From Pseudovirgaria hyperparasitica (lineage: Eukaryota): a stretch of DNA of 64,000 nt. The translations under genes were made by a program, and so were the position numbers. Below the pieces are notes generated by a model. That model ran no database searches. It was not told where the DNA came from and worked only from the letters and a program-made list of their open reading frames with translations. Positions 49,507-61,755 of the stretch are shown in pieces. The number at the start of each line of letters is the position of its first letter. Positions within the stretch are counted from its first letter, which is position 1. The DNA lies in assembly GCA_010093815.1 (NCBI GenBank), contig ML996574.1. The stretch is one strand, 5' to 3'.

Positions 49507-50246
49507 CTGGAGATTGCGCTGTTTCCAGAGAGTGGAAGAAGAAGAAGAAGCTAATCAATCGATACGAAGGCTATTTAACCGAGATAGAGAATCTACTGAC
49601 AGCAGAGAATGGCCTACAGTTTTCACTTAAATTCGGGTTCAATTCTATTTTGGCCGAGTGCTAGATCCTTCCTACGGCTCCTGCCTTCCGACTGCGAACT
49701 GTTATGAATCTCTGGATGGCATCACAACTATCCGAAACCCGCGGCTCCCCAGGCCACCCACTCCTTGATTACCTCATCTTCTACTGAACAGTGTATTTCT
49801 AGATCGTCTCACTTGTCTATGGCTTAGAATTGACGTCCTAATGACTCATGTTGGCAGGCACGATCTCCAATCTCAAGGCTGAGTAGAGCAGCTTCGCCAC
49901 CCCACGCTAATTCCAGCTCGATGACCTGAAGGAACCGCTACATACCTTACGGACAAGAGATCTGGATCTGGATCTTCTTTTACTCCACTCCAATACGATG
50001 AAGATTTGAGACCTTCATTTCAGATGATCCTCGCCGGCCGTACTCGCTCGTGCTTTCCGGAACGCCACATATTATCAACCGTTGAACGCCAGAATGTGGC
50101 TTGAGCTGATGTTAGCCCATCTTGTCTGATTCACTCGTCATGGTTTCGGTATACGGAGGCGGCGTAACCGCGTATAGCGATGGTAGAAAGAGTCCGCGAA
50201 ATCTTCCTCGTTCCAGGACCTGAAGAGCCTGATCGACCTTCTCAAA

Positions 50247-52379
50247 ATGTGTTCAGAATCACTTACCCTGAGGCATACCACACCGGAAGCTCAAGCCATC
50301 ATCGACTACTGTAAAATCACCACAAACCAGGCCTGCCAACTCATGTGCCGAGGCTGTGAAGAGATTCAGGCACTTCTGGTTAGAAAGAGGAAGTGCAAAG
50401 AGGTCCACCCAAGGCGCCAGGAGGCCTTGAAAATTCATGAGAATTTTGCCCAGCTTGAGCATTGTGCCAGAAAGTGCGTTGCATGCCAAGTTCTTCGTCG
50501 TGCTTTGCTCCTAAGACAAATCACGAAGCGAAATGCCGACATATTGAGAGCCTCCAAAATGGCAGTCTACGCCCGTTACAGCGAGCTCGGGCTGCTCATC
50601 AACGTCGGTTCAACGAGCGCTGAGGTTGTTTGTAGCACCATGAACTCACTATCAACTCGGGTAGACCGACATCCATCTGGCTTGACTCCAGCTTTCGAAG
50701 TCATGAAGCAGTGGGTCGACGATTGCCACACAACACATTCTTGCTCGAACTTTCGCAGATCTACAAATAACCCTTCATACCTCTTGCAGATTCTCTCTGG
50801 GAACAGAGCTAGAGTCGTTAAAGGTCCTGAGCATTCAGTGAAATACATTGTACTCAGTTATTCATGGTCAGATACTTACTTATTTCCTCTACTTACGTGG
50901 CTAATGACGTGTTTCAGGGGCAATCCAGAATCGCCCACTATGAGTCGCGAAGATTGGAAGGTGATCAAAGGCGCAGCCACGAAACGACTTGAGAACGGTC
51001 ATATAGTTCCGGAGAGGAGTAATCCTTTCTCTCGATCTGAGCTTCCCAAAACAATGCAAGATGCGATATATCTTGCCGAGAAATTTAATATTACGTATAT
51101 CTGGATAGATAGCGTTTGTATACCGAAAGGGTCTAACTGGGATGCTGAAGCGGTGAGAATGCACGAAGTATATGGAAATGCGCATTTCACCTTATGCGCC
51201 AGCTCCAGCCGCAAGGCCACCGACAGGATGATCGTTGATAGAGATGCTTGGATCTATCCTATGAGAGGCTGCAGGATCGACAATCAGTGGTTATCCACGA
51301 CTTCGAATCATCTGAATGACGTTCGAATGAATTCCCCGACCGCCGATCGAGGTTGGATATTACAAGAGGAACGGTTGTCACCAAGGATCCTTTACTGGAC
51401 TGGACAAGAAGCATACTGGTCATGCTCAGAGTCCCAGCTGATCGAGCCATGTCAAACTACTCGGTCTGATACGCGAAATATCCAGCAATGGAGTCCCGCC
51501 TACAAGTTTCTGCAATTGTGTCGCCAGGGAGACATCCATGGCTTGCAAAATGAATGGGTAGACCTGGTCGAATCATACACTCGGAAGGACTTGGCACAGG
51601 GCAAAGATCGATTTTTAGCACTGGCTGGCTTGGCCACGTGCTATTTTGAAGCCATATCAAACCCCGGATTCGTCTTTCCGGAGGAATACCTAGCTGGACT
51701 ATGGCGCACAGATTTGGGAAGACAGTTGACCTGGTCAGTCTCGGCAGCAGTACCATATGACAAAAATCTTCTTAGCATCGCTCCATCATGGTCGTGGGCT
51801 TCTCTCCCATTGCGAACTAAAACGCGAATGCGACATCCTTTCACGATGGCAACTCGATTCAAGGTTATGCAGGATATACAGCCCTATGATGATCGAACGT
51901 TGAATGTTGTAGTCACACGAGGTGCTTATATCAAGAGCGTGGAAGTGAGCGGCCGGCTGAGACCTTTTCTTACACCAGCAGCTAAACACGTTACTTGGCA
52001 GTCTATCATACGGATGTATGCTGGGGAAGAGAAGTTCACTTTTGCTGCGGCACCCGAGCAGTCCGTCTACGCGAGGAATCAACAAAGCGGACAAATTCTT
52101 TTTTATGAAGCTTGGAAAGAAGAGATTGTCGGCCAACTCGACTATGTGCCATCCTTATGTGGAAGCCAAGCACCACCACACCATCTATATGCGTTCGTGG
52201 ACGAAGGTGCCGAGACAGAGCTCTTTTGTCTTGAAGTCGGTACGAACGCTATGCTGCTCCTGAGGAAAATACAACCGGAAACGGTAGGTCTTAACCGCTA
52301 TATACGTGTTGGTGTGTCAATTGGCTACCGCAGTAGTTTCTTCAACGGCTGCCAGGAGCAGCATGTGTTGCTATGCTAA
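50247..52379 (+). CDS. HET-domain (heterokaryon incompatibility, TOL-like) protein
   Basis: YIVLSYSW-G (probable in-frame intron ~50867-50917), LPKTMQDAI, YIWIDSVCI, MHEVYGNA, RGWILQE, YLAGLW and APSWSWAS motifs. Confidence 0.9.
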   Translation: MCSESLTLRHTTPEAQAIIDYCKITTNQACQLMCRGCEEIQALLVRKRKCKEVHPRRQEALKIHENFAQLEHCARKCVACQVLRRALLLRQITKRNADILRASKMAVYARYSELGLLINVGSTSAEVVCSTMNSLSTRVDRHPSGLTPAFEVMKQWVDDCHTTHSCSNFRRSTNNPSYLLQILSGNRARVVKGPEHSVKYIVLSYSWSDTYLFPLLTWLMTCFRGNPESPTMSREDWKVIKGAATKRLENGHIVPERSNPFSRSELPKTMQDAIYLAEKFNITYIWIDSVCIPKGSNWDAEAVRMHEVYGNAHFTLCASSSRKATDRMIVDRDAWIYPMRGCRIDNQWLSTTSNHLNDVRMNSPTADRGWILQEERLSPRILYWTGQEAYWSCSESQLIEPCQTTRSDTRNIQQWSPAYKFLQLCRQGDIHGLQNEWVDLVESYTRKDLAQGKDRFLALAGLATCYFEAISNPGFVFPEEYLAGLWRTDLGRQLTWSVSAAVPYDKNLLSIAPSWSWASLPLRTKTRMRHPFTMATRFKVMQDIQPYDDRTLNVVVTRGAYIKSVEVSGRLRPFLTPAAKHVTWQSIIRMYAGEEKFTFAAAPEQSVYARNQQSGQILFYEAWKEEIVGQLDYVPSLCGSQAPPHHLYAFVDEGAETELFCLEVGTNAMLLLRKIQPETVGLNRYIRVGVSIGYRSSFFNGCQEQHVLLC

Positions 52380-53437
52380 GACAAGCCTTATCAAGACATA
52401 AAATGGTCCGCCACTGGTTTTAGCATCCGTTTAACAACCCACGACAATTACTACAGACGTCGACGGATCCATCACCATGGCTCCGCTACATCAAACTAAT
52501 ATGTATCGTTGCCTTGGATGGCATAGGGCACATTAGATCGTACTTCCGTTAGTCGAGCATCTTGTGTGCTTCATGGCAACAATTACTTTTCTAGACAATG
52601 ATACGGCCGCTTATAAGAGTGCTCAAGGATCCAATGTACTATTCTACACTGTCTCGACTTGAGATTAAGCACGCACACACGTATGTAAATATATATTGAT
52701 ATCTTCTCGTCGTGGTATAATACCCACTTTCAATCCTAAATCACAACACCCACCCAGCCCACAACATTTCCCACCGCCACCACATACAAGAAGACTACAC
52801 CCACTATCTTTGCCCCTTCTATGTCATTTGTATTCGGCCCACGCACAGCCTCTCAACCCCCAACTGGGCAACTTCACCACGCACTCTCTATCCGCCAAGA
52901 ATCCCGAACTCGTAGCTTTTTCCTAATGCACGCAAGCGGGCCAAGAACCAGGCCGGCGACATGCTGACGTGAGCAAGTCTGTTTGATCACAGCACCAAAA
53001 CGGAATCATAGCCACTGCCACGCAAAACGCTGACGTACCTTGAGGTCCTTGATGAGGCTTTGTGCTTACACGGAATCCGCGGGCTGTTCCAGGTAGGTGC
53101 AGTGAGGCGGGCGGGAGTGGCACTTTATGGTGATGCAGCTGAAGACTTGTGTTTTAGACTGCAATGCTATACGACGTTGTGATACGGTGGGAAATGCTAT
53201 CGTGGGCTTATATCAGCGAATATCAGTGGAGGGGAGTACAGGCAGCAGCTTTGGGCAGATGTGAGCGGAGGAAGAGGAGGAGCCTATTTAGAGCACCATG
53301 TCAGACTCAAGACGTCTCATGACACATTACGTATGTATGCTAGTATAATATGCAGCGCTATATGCTCGTCATAACCACATGATCGCTCGTTGACTCCTTT
53401 CAAATCCATGCACAAGCTTACTAATACCACCCATGAT

Positions 53438-56281
53438 CTATCCTGAGGTTTTCGCAAACAAGAAATCAACTCTGGAGTCAGGCTCCTTCAGCATATCCAT
53501 CAGCACCTTGTCATTAATCAGCTCTTCCTTGACCTCCGCCTCCTCTTCGCAATCCGTCTTCTCGGGGTTATCTTCGTCCTCAAGGGTTTTGAGGAGATGC
53601 TTCACCTCTATATGCAGGTACTTCATCAGTGCGCGAACGTTTGTACCTGGCTTTTCGCGCTTGGCCATTCGTGCGCAGGCTTCTTCTTTGATGCGTCGCT
53701 CTTGTTCTTCTATGTTGACTTGAGATGCCTTCATCAGGAGAGCAGGAACGTCTGGGAGGCTGCTGTCTGATTGATTGTCATCTGCGTCACCATCGTTGAT
53801 CACAAGTTTATTGTCGACCCCATCCTCTTCAAGGATGCTACTCAACGAGTCGTCGTCGCTGGTTAGAGCGTCAAGATTGCCGCGGCCACCACATTCGCAG
53901 TTGAGAAGTGTGTGCGTCTGGCATTCTTCCCGCTCGTCAAGAGTGAATAATTTCCGTAACTCCTCTTTCGAGAAAGTAGCCATGCTGGACTTGTTGTCGA
54001 CGATAGCATCAGCCAAACCTTGTTTCATGAGTTGGCGCTGGTAGATCTTCTCGTCGAGGGCCCCCTTGACAAGCAATCTATAGATCCTACATGGTCTCTT
54101 CTGGCCATCTCTATGAATACGTGCCATGGCCTGCAAGTCTGTGGCAGGATTCCAGTCTACATCATATAGCACCAACCGGCTGGCACCTATGAGATTCAGA
54201 CCCGCACCACCAGATTTAGCAGACAATAGGAACGCGAAACAAACATTAGCTGGTGAATTATTGAATTGATCAACGATACCCTGCCGTTTCCCGGTTGGTG
54301 TCGAACCGTCCAGACGAGTGAAAGGATACTCATTTGATGTAAGCAGTCGGCCAAGTATATCGAGTGTCGAAGTATAGTTTGAGACAAGGATGACCTTCTC
54401 ATTCGTTGTCGTCCTCAAACGATGCAGAAAAGAGTCAAGGACCCTAATCTTCGCGCTAACGGATGGACCAAGATTTTGTGAGGGGATCGTTGTTAGAAGC
54501 GAAGCTATCATCTCGCTTGGTTTGGTATCGTCATCGTTCTTACTCTGGAGTAGAGATGGGCTATTGCAAACTTTCTTGAGAATATTGATGAGCTGAAGTG
54601 CCAACTCATTGCTACCCAGAGCAGCGCCAAAGACAGGTGAAGACACGATGCTGCGATAGACGGCAGCTTGTGCTGCAGTCGGCCGACAGAAAAGTACGTA
54701 TTCCGTCTTCGGTGGGAGATATTTGGACAAGATATCAGCTGTCCTACGCAATATGAACTGCCCTGTCAGGTCCATAAGCTCTTTACTCCTACCCTCCCCC
54801 TTCTCGAGATCCTTGTCTGTCGCCTCTGGTTGCCTGCTCTTCACGATTGGGTTCTCAAATTCCTTCTTGAATGTGGAATACTTACCGAGCAGACCTGGAT
54901 TTACAAGGTCCACCATTACAAAGAACTCAGTCAAGTCATTCTGCACGGGTGTACCGGATAGGATTACACGTCTTTCGGTGTTGAGCATCTTGATCGCTTC
55001 CGCAGACTTGTTCTTAGCAGTCTTCAGCCGGTGCCCTTCATCAGCAATGACAATGTCGATAGAACCCTTCTTCAGTTCGTCGATGACGGATCTGAGCTTT
55101 TCGTACCCGATGACCATGACCTGGTATGCTCTGCTTTTGGTGAAATCGGTGACGCGAAACTTGCCTTCAGCTACGAAGACTCCTATCCGTTCAAGACCAA
55201 GCCATTTTCGGAATTCTTTGCGCCAGTTAGTGATGAGGGTGACAGGACAGACAATCAAAGCCTTTCTGATGACTGGTTGGTCATCATACACTGGATTTTG
55301 CTTCAAAAGTGTCCATAGCAACGCAATAGTCTGCAACGTCTTCCCCAGCCCCATCTCATCGGCTAAAACAGCACCCTCTCCTCCATGAGAGCGCATGCCC
55401 ATCACACACTCGTATAGGAAAGAAACACCTTGCCTCTGATGATCGCGAAGGTTTCTGCATAATAACGGATCTACCACGACGTCTACAATCTGCTTGCCTT
55501 TGGGTATGATCGATGGCCTCTTCATAACCAGAGCGCCCGGCTGCTTTGGATCATGACGAGGGACCGGGACAGAAATGCTTGATAACTGCGGCATAGAAGT
55601 TTTGTCCAGTAGGGGATTCTTAAACTGCGTCCTTGTCGCCTTGCTTGTAGGTGCTGCTGAATTGACGTTGTCCACCTGTTTGGCTTCGATCTTCTCTTGC
55701 CTCGTCTGCGATTTGACACTGAGCTTCTTCTCCGGCGGCATGTATGGCTTCGTGGCCGCCGTAGGCACGGATTTCGCGGAGCTCTGAAGAAAGGGTCTTC
55801 CTGCCAGGAAGTCCGCCTTGGTGATAATTGAGTCTATCTCAACATCTTTGCCACCTACAGACAGGGTCGAACCCAGAAGAAGGGGTTTGGTGCACGATGT
55901 CTTTCCAAGCTCTTTCCCTGAAATGTCTTGAAGGCGTGCAAAACCACCGCATACCACCAGGATCCCGTCGCCATCCCATGTCTTGTGCTTCTTTGCTGTA
56001 ATCTTCCGCCAGAGAACATTGTAGTAGCCTTCAAAGCCACCTACAATTGGGGACTGGGAGCTTTCAGACGCAGTAGGATTCTGGACCGTTACCAATGGCT
56101 TGCGAAATGTCTTGACGGGTACTGTTGGTCGAGGAGCTGGCAGGGATTGCGGAGCTAAATCTATTGAATCTTCTTGTAAGACGCGCCTCTTCTTTTTAGG
56201 AGGCTCATGACGCGTAAGGTCAGAGGGAGAATCGAAACGGCGTATGAATGAGGGGGCCTTGAATGGTTTGCCAGTCATCAT
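53438..56281 (-). CDS. RDH54: SNF2-family DNA translocase Rdh54/Tid1 (RAD54B)
   Basis: KKHKTWDGDG N-terminal motif, LADEMGLGKT, DEGH, SGTPVQN and QAMARIHRDGQ. Confidence 0.9.
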   Translation of the reverse strand: MMTGKPFKAPSFIRRFDSPSDLTRHEPPKKKRRVLQEDSIDLAPQSLPAPRPTVPVKTFRKPLVTVQNPTASESSQSPIVGGFEGYYNVLWRKITAKKHKTWDGDGILVVCGGFARLQDISGKELGKTSCTKPLLLGSTLSVGGKDVEIDSIITKADFLAGRPFLQSSAKSVPTAATKPYMPPEKKLSVKSQTRQEKIEAKQVDNVNSAAPTSKATRTQFKNPLLDKTSMPQLSSISVPVPRHDPKQPGALVMKRPSIIPKGKQIVDVVVDPLLCRNLRDHQRQGVSFLYECVMGMRSHGGEGAVLADEMGLGKTLQTIALLWTLLKQNPVYDDQPVIRKALIVCPVTLITNWRKEFRKWLGLERIGVFVAEGKFRVTDFTKSRAYQVMVIGYEKLRSVIDELKKGSIDIVIADEGHRLKTAKNKSAEAIKMLNTERRVILSGTPVQNDLTEFFVMVDLVNPGLLGKYSTFKKEFENPIVKSRQPEATDKDLEKGEGRSKELMDLTGQFILRRTADILSKYLPPKTEYVLFCRPTAAQAAVYRSIVSSPVFGAALGSNELALQLINILKKVCNSPSLLQSKNDDDTKPSEMIASLLTTIPSQNLGPSVSAKIRVLDSFLHRLRTTTNEKVILVSNYTSTLDILGRLLTSNEYPFTRLDGSTPTGKRQGIVDQFNNSPANVCFAFLLSAKSGGAGLNLIGASRLVLYDVDWNPATDLQAMARIHRDGQKRPCRIYRLLVKGALDEKIYQRQLMKQGLADAIVDNKSSMATFSKEELRKLFTLDEREECQTHTLLNCECGGRGNLDALTSDDDSLSSILEEDGVDNKLVINDGDADDNQSDSSLPDVPALLMKASQVNIEEQERRIKEEACARMAKREKPGTNVRALMKYLHIEVKHLLKTLEDEDNPEKTDCEEEAEVKEELINDKVLMDMLKEPDSRVDFLFAKTSG

Positions 56282-56562
56282 ACGTGAGCGTTTGGAAAGG
56301 CGGACTTAGTGGGACTTCACCATCTTTGTAATTACAGCCCTATGAGCATGACGCAGTAGTCGCGTCGCGCTGAACTACGCTATTCTCCATTCGGTAGCGT
56401 GTTTTGAAATTCTTGGCAAATTTCAAGGCCTACTAGGAGCATGAAACACATTTAGCAGCAATGAATGCATAACAAGCACAAAACTAAAACGAGAGCGTAT
56501 TCATTCTCGAAAGTATAGCTTTTAGGGTATAAATTTGAACTCCAGATTCTCCTGGAACGTGG

Positions 56563-58990
56563 CTATCTCCCCGCATTGCCCCTCTTCCCTCCCCTTTTCT
56601 GCCTATCCACATGCCCCTTCAGCGTCCGCCTGACGTCCGTGAGACTTCTCTTTTGCTTCCCCTTTGCTTTACCTAGGGTCATAAAGAAGTTCTTTGCCCG
56701 CGCTTTCTCCTTGTTGGTCGTGCTCTTGCCCTCGGAGATCTTTTTCTCTTTGTGCCTTGCTGACTTGCTCAAATGTTTCTCTTCGCGATCGGCCTTCGCC
56801 ATTGCAATTTTCTCCTCCTTAGTACGTTTAGCTGACAATGTTGCCAAACCTTCAAGGTCGGCGGCAGTGAGTGGATCGTCAGCGTGTTTCTCTTCACGCT
56901 TCTGCTGTATCTTCTTTTGCCGCATAAGGGAGGACACACCAGACTGCATGCGGAGCTCCTGAAGCTTTACAAGATCCGCAGGAGTAAGTATTCGTGTTGT
57001 CGCAAGATTTTGAGCCTTCTCTTTAGCTGACAGCTCCGTGGAGACTCCATTTTCTTTAATGGCTTCTTGAGTGGCCATAATGGTTTTCATCTTCTTCGCT
57101 GGTGGCTTTTCATCGTCACTGTCGCTGACCTGAATATCCTCACCATCGCTGTGCACGTCGATCCAGCCCTCGGAACTTTCGCTTGTATCTGATTCTGCGT
57201 CCCAGTCCTTCCAGCCTTCCTCTTCAGAGTCGCCTTCCTTATCGTCAACCCCGCCATTTGCCTCGAGGCGCTTTTGTCGTTCTTCTTCTTTCCAGGCTTC
57301 TAGAAGTTCTAGACCTTCGATGCCACCTCCTTCCACCTCACCAAATCGCTTTTCCTTCCTCTCGCCTGATATGATCTTCACAGTCGCTTCCTTGCCACGA
57401 TCCCTCTTCTTCAGCATATCAGCACCGACTTCACGATACAGGCTCAAAAGACCTTTTGCAGCCATCATGACTCCCTTGTCTTTACTCTTCCTATACATGA
57501 CAAGGTCTTGAAGTAAAGTGTCAGACATCGCTAGAGGCTGTCTTGCGCATATCTCTCGAATTGCGTTGAGACCGGCCGAGGCAACTTCAGTTGCTGCAGC
57601 TTCTGAAACAAACTCGTTTGCGATCTTTTGAACAAGTGGCTCTAGAACATCTGGGGGTACGAGACTATGTGTGGCTTGTGCGAGAGAGGCAAGAAACGAT
57701 GTCACTGATTCTTGTCGTGGAGAGAGATATCTAGACGGTTGTTAGAATGGGCTACAAGAGCTTTAGAGTTGTGTCATACTTAATGAAGTACGAGTACAGT
57801 TGAATCACTGTCAGTTTGTGAAGACCGACCAGGCGCGAAACCAGCTGCAGCACGAGCAGTTTCTGATCAAGCTTGAGCTTCGAATACTTGTTTTGAAGGT
57901 GTTTCTGAAACAATGTTTCGGCAAAACCTTGAGGATCATGTAGTAAATGTAGAGCAGAGAAGTTCAGAATGTCAGGTTGACCCTTTCTCTTCTCCTTTTT
58001 CTTCATAATCATAGTCGCCCTCTTTAGGTCCTTTTCATTTTTCTTGTTCTTCTTGTTCACATTCAGCTTTTGCCTAAGCTTCCCAACATTCACACCGTCG
58101 TCGTCGCTACTCTCATCCGCCTCTTCTCGCTCTTTATCGCTGCCTAGGAAGAACGATACCCCGCCAGTGATAACCTTTTCATTCTCGGACAGGGCAGCCT
58201 CCTTCATGATTTCAACCGCTTTTGCATCAGTCCATACCTGTCGTTTCCATAATTCGCGCGTGATTTTCACAGCCCAGATGCCTTGTGGGGATGTTCGATC
58301 TGATGTGATGATATTCTGAAGAACGGACTGTACGGTTTTATTTAATCGGTGATTTGTACTTTTCTGATTCGAATTCCGGAGATCTGACAGGATCTTCTGA
58401 AAAAGGAGGGCGCGCAGGGTCTTGCTAGGCGTTGATACAAGTATGGGGAAAAGCGTATTCAAAAGTCTGAAAAAAGTATGGTCAGTCCGAAGTCCCTACT
58501 GCATCTACAGCATGCTCACGTCGAGGAGTCTATGACATCCTTGTTTCGTAACAAAACCAAGCTGCTGACGACTTTGTCCCTGAGCTCGTATTGCAATTGA
58601 TCGTGGTGTTGGCTTAAGAGCTGAATCAGATCATCCGGAAACGTCGCAGTCTCCCGCGGATAACAATCTGCGACATGCGAAATGAAGTCTATGAGGTCTC
58701 GTATCTTCACTATACCACTGTCGTCGGTCGAAGAGGGTGCGCGCAGGAATATTCCTCGTATGCTCTCATATTGTTGATACTGACTGTAGAAATCCTCGCG
58801 GTACGATCTTTATTCATATTAGCTACCAGGATATGCGCGCATCGAAAGAACTTACGAAGGATCCTTACGGGCTTTGTACTGAAGACTTGATCTATGGTTT
58901 TAATTAGATGCATATCGCTAGCAGTGAGAGTCTTAGAACATACAGGTCTGCATCTATCTTTTCGAGGGCGCCGACTTTCCGTTTGACCAT
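56563..58990 (-). CDS. SDA1: Ribosome biogenesis protein Sda1 (multi-exon)
   Basis: MVKRKVGALEKIDADL start, HLLHDPQGFAE, AQATHSLVPPD, GLNAIREIC and STTNKEKARAKNF. Confidence 0.92.
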
Positions 58991-59175
58991 TTTTGCACTG
59001 CGAAGAGAGGTTGTTGCAGCAGTTGCGGCGAAGACACGCAGAATAAATTCGCAACCCTAGCATCTGGTGGCTTATCGATAGTGAAGAGGTCAGGCCAAGA
59101 TTTGGGCCCGCTGTTCGACAGAAAAAGAAATTACATTTAGCTATAGATTGAAAAAACAGGTGTGTATCACAAGTT

Positions 59176-59180
59176 GCGGG

Positions 59181-59212
<32 letters not shown>

Positions 59213-59267
59213 CCGCACTTCAGCCTAGTTTATCTGAAGGTCACCGGTTCAATCCCGGTTCACCGCA
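59176..59267 (+). tRNA. tRNA-Phe(GAA) with a 19-nt intron (59213-59231)
   Basis: GCGGGGA acceptor, GCTC/GAGC D-stem, TCAGA-CTGAAG anticodon arm, GGTTCAATCC T-loop and a downstream T-run. Confidence 0.93.
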
Positions 59268-59776
59268 TATCTTTTGCTTTTCTGAATAATCATTCAGTCT
59301 TGTTTTCTTTAATTTTGTCATTATTAATTACATTTGCTCGCATGTTCATCAAATTTCAGGAGGTTGGTTGCTGCACGCCTTGCATGCTTTGCTCCTTTTT
59401 TGCATTACATACAGTCAATATCCACGAGGCAGCCACCACAGTGGGGTTGGTTTCTAAGGCTGAGTCTACGCACGGATCTCTGAGTCAGATGTGGGTCTAT
59501 ATAACGAACGACTATTGGCTGCATTGCAGGATCTTGGCAGATGTCGCCTATACGCGTATAGCATCCTAGTAGACATGCTCGAGTACAGCCACGCCAACTA
59601 CATCATAGTGTAAGTAAGGATCTACGCAACGATGGAAACATATAAAGGCTACCGACGTTGCTGGATCCCATAAAGCTGCATCTTCAGGCGAAGTCTCAAG
59701 TTTGATTGATAGCAACGTGAAAGACACCGTACGCAAATCCACACTACAAATTTTCCCCCAAGCCTCTTTCGTAAAG

Positions 59777-60568
59777 ATGTCTTCCATACACAAAGATCCA
59801 TTCGTCGACACCGAATCCATTATCGACAACGAGTCTATAGTAGAAACTCTCGTTGACGATACCTCCAATACTACCACTTCAGCAGTCGGACCTTTTCCCT
59901 CCACTTTCACAATCTCTTTCAAGAAAGCCTTTCTCCCTTTCGCATACTACATCACCCCCGGTGACTCCTTTTCCCCTGATTTGGAACCCCTGATGGGCAT
60001 TGCGATCAACTGGGGCATCTTGGGCAAACCTCTCCTCACGCTCTACGAGCGCTTTGACAAGAACAGTGCCAAGCTTGGCATCGTGCGATACTCAGGGGTG
60101 TTAGGCAAGCATAGCATGATTGAGCTTCCAGCAAAGGGTTCCGGCGAACAACACGATGGGTCGGACGATGACGAGAATCATAGTAGTGACGCGGAGAAAG
60201 TGCAACTGCGAATGAAAATCGGCTTCCCGGCGTGTAGGTTCGAGTTCACAATGCCAGTCGCCTCCGAAAAAGGGACACGCGATGAAAGATTCGAGTGGAG
60301 GGGCAGTAAAGGTGCTGAGGTGAAAGAGCTCGAGGCATGGAAGTACGGGTTCAAACTCGTTCGTCTAGACTCTGATGAGGTTACCTCAAGCTCGAGCAAC
60401 GGAGAGGTCGTTGCAGCGGCGGCGTGGCCGGGGAAGATGAGCCTGACCCAGTTGGCAAAGTTCAAGTTTCTGGGGAGCGCGGAGAGGGGCGAGCTGGGTG
60501 AGATGTGGGCGGTCATGGCGGTCATGAGCTTCTTGAGAATCATGCAGATTCATGCCGAGGGAAGGTAG
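59777..60568 (+). CDS. Conserved-looking fungal hypothetical protein
   Basis: Intact ORF from ATG 59777 with FEWRGSKG, GFKLVRL and FKFLGS..GELG..W patterns typical of a fungal uncharacterised family. Confidence 0.7.
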   Translation: MSSIHKDPFVDTESIIDNESIVETLVDDTSNTTTSAVGPFPSTFTISFKKAFLPFAYYITPGDSFSPDLEPLMGIAINWGILGKPLLTLYERFDKNSAKLGIVRYSGVLGKHSMIELPAKGSGEQHDGSDDDENHSSDAEKVQLRMKIGFPACRFEFTMPVASEKGTRDERFEWRGSKGAEVKELEAWKYGFKLVRLDSDEVTSSSSNGEVVAAAAWPGKMSLTQLAKFKFLGSAERGELGEMWAVMAVMSFLRIMQIHAEGR

Positions 60569-61235
60569 ACGAAATGACACTGAAGATGTAATCTTGCATG
60601 GTGTTCCAGTTGGCGTTTACCGGGGCGTCTTTCGTTCACCATTTTGATAACAATTCTGATTTGCTTCAGATTCAGCCATTCCAGAGTCAGGGCGCACATA
60701 GTATCAAAGGGCTGAAAGCTACACCATAGCTTTATCTTCCTCTTGAGGGTCTCCGTGTTCACGATAGTTTACCCCTCGAGTCGATATCCTCGGCCAGGAC
60801 ATGTTAGACATCATTGATCATCGCACAGGCACGATCATTGTTGCTAAGAATGACGTGCACTCGGGAATTTCTGCCACACAAGGTGTATCGTGAAATAAAC
60901 CATTCCAGGATAGATGCCAAGGGGCTTGAATATAGAGAGCAAGCTCTATGTTTACGTATGAGGAGCTCTCTACCTTAGAGAACTATCGAACGTAATACTA
61001 AGCTATAGTTAGATCTATTGGCTATCCTATTTGTATTCCGTATGAATAAATAGTCCATACTATGGGTGTCATCCTAGATACCTATAAAACCTTATAAGTA
61101 TAGTAAGACGCTATAAAAGTTCGCTGCTGTCATGGATAAGGAGTTGGCACATCTCCCATTTCCAAGAAAAAACTGGTCAAAAGCTCCAACCTTAACCCCG
61201 ACATCAAGACAGCAAAAATTAAAACAAAAAGAAAG

Positions 61236-61307
61236 TGCAGAGTCCGGAATCGAACCGGGTTCCCACTGCTGCGGGAACGCGTTGGTGACTTTTACGCCAT
61301 GCAGTGC
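61236..61307 (-). ncRNA. 72-nt tRNA-like element with a non-canonical cloverleaf
   Basis: B box GGTTCGATTCC, GCGT/ACGC D-like stem, TTCCC/GGGAA stem, GCA...TGCA ends and a T-rich terminator. The acceptor stem has three mismatches. Confidence 0.55.
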
Positions 61308-61755
61308 CGTTGACTGAAATATCAACAAAGTAAATTGTTTATAATAGGGTTTAATTCAAAGATTCTGACTCTACGTGTCACTCTCAGACACTACGATTTG
61401 CAAAAGAGCTGCCTGCTGTGAACACGTCCAAACAGATTAGTGTATTGCGTCCCCGTTAACACAATTACCTAATTCACTTCCCAGTACAGATTCACCGGTA
61501 CGTCATAATTCCATGGAGAGCTTTAATTACTAGTGTAGGCGCCTAGCAGCAAAGTCTTCGACCCAAGCGAAGATCTCACGCACATTACAAAGCTGATTTA
61601 GTCCTCCCTTTTCACACCTATGGCTCCCCACAACCAAGACTTCGAAAAGTGATCCGTTGTCCAGCATCTGGCATCGTCATGACCCCTTCTCGCAGCTATG
61701 GCGTCATTTCTTACCGCTCGTCTGGAATAAGTCCTCCTAGACCCTTTCTGAGGAC

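Noticed and set aside
59176..59267. G-A mismatch in the tRNA-Phe acceptor stem and intron complementarity to the anticodon
   Set aside because: As I recall, both occur in ordinary filamentous-ascomycete tRNA-Phe genes; the rest of the cloverleaf is canonical.
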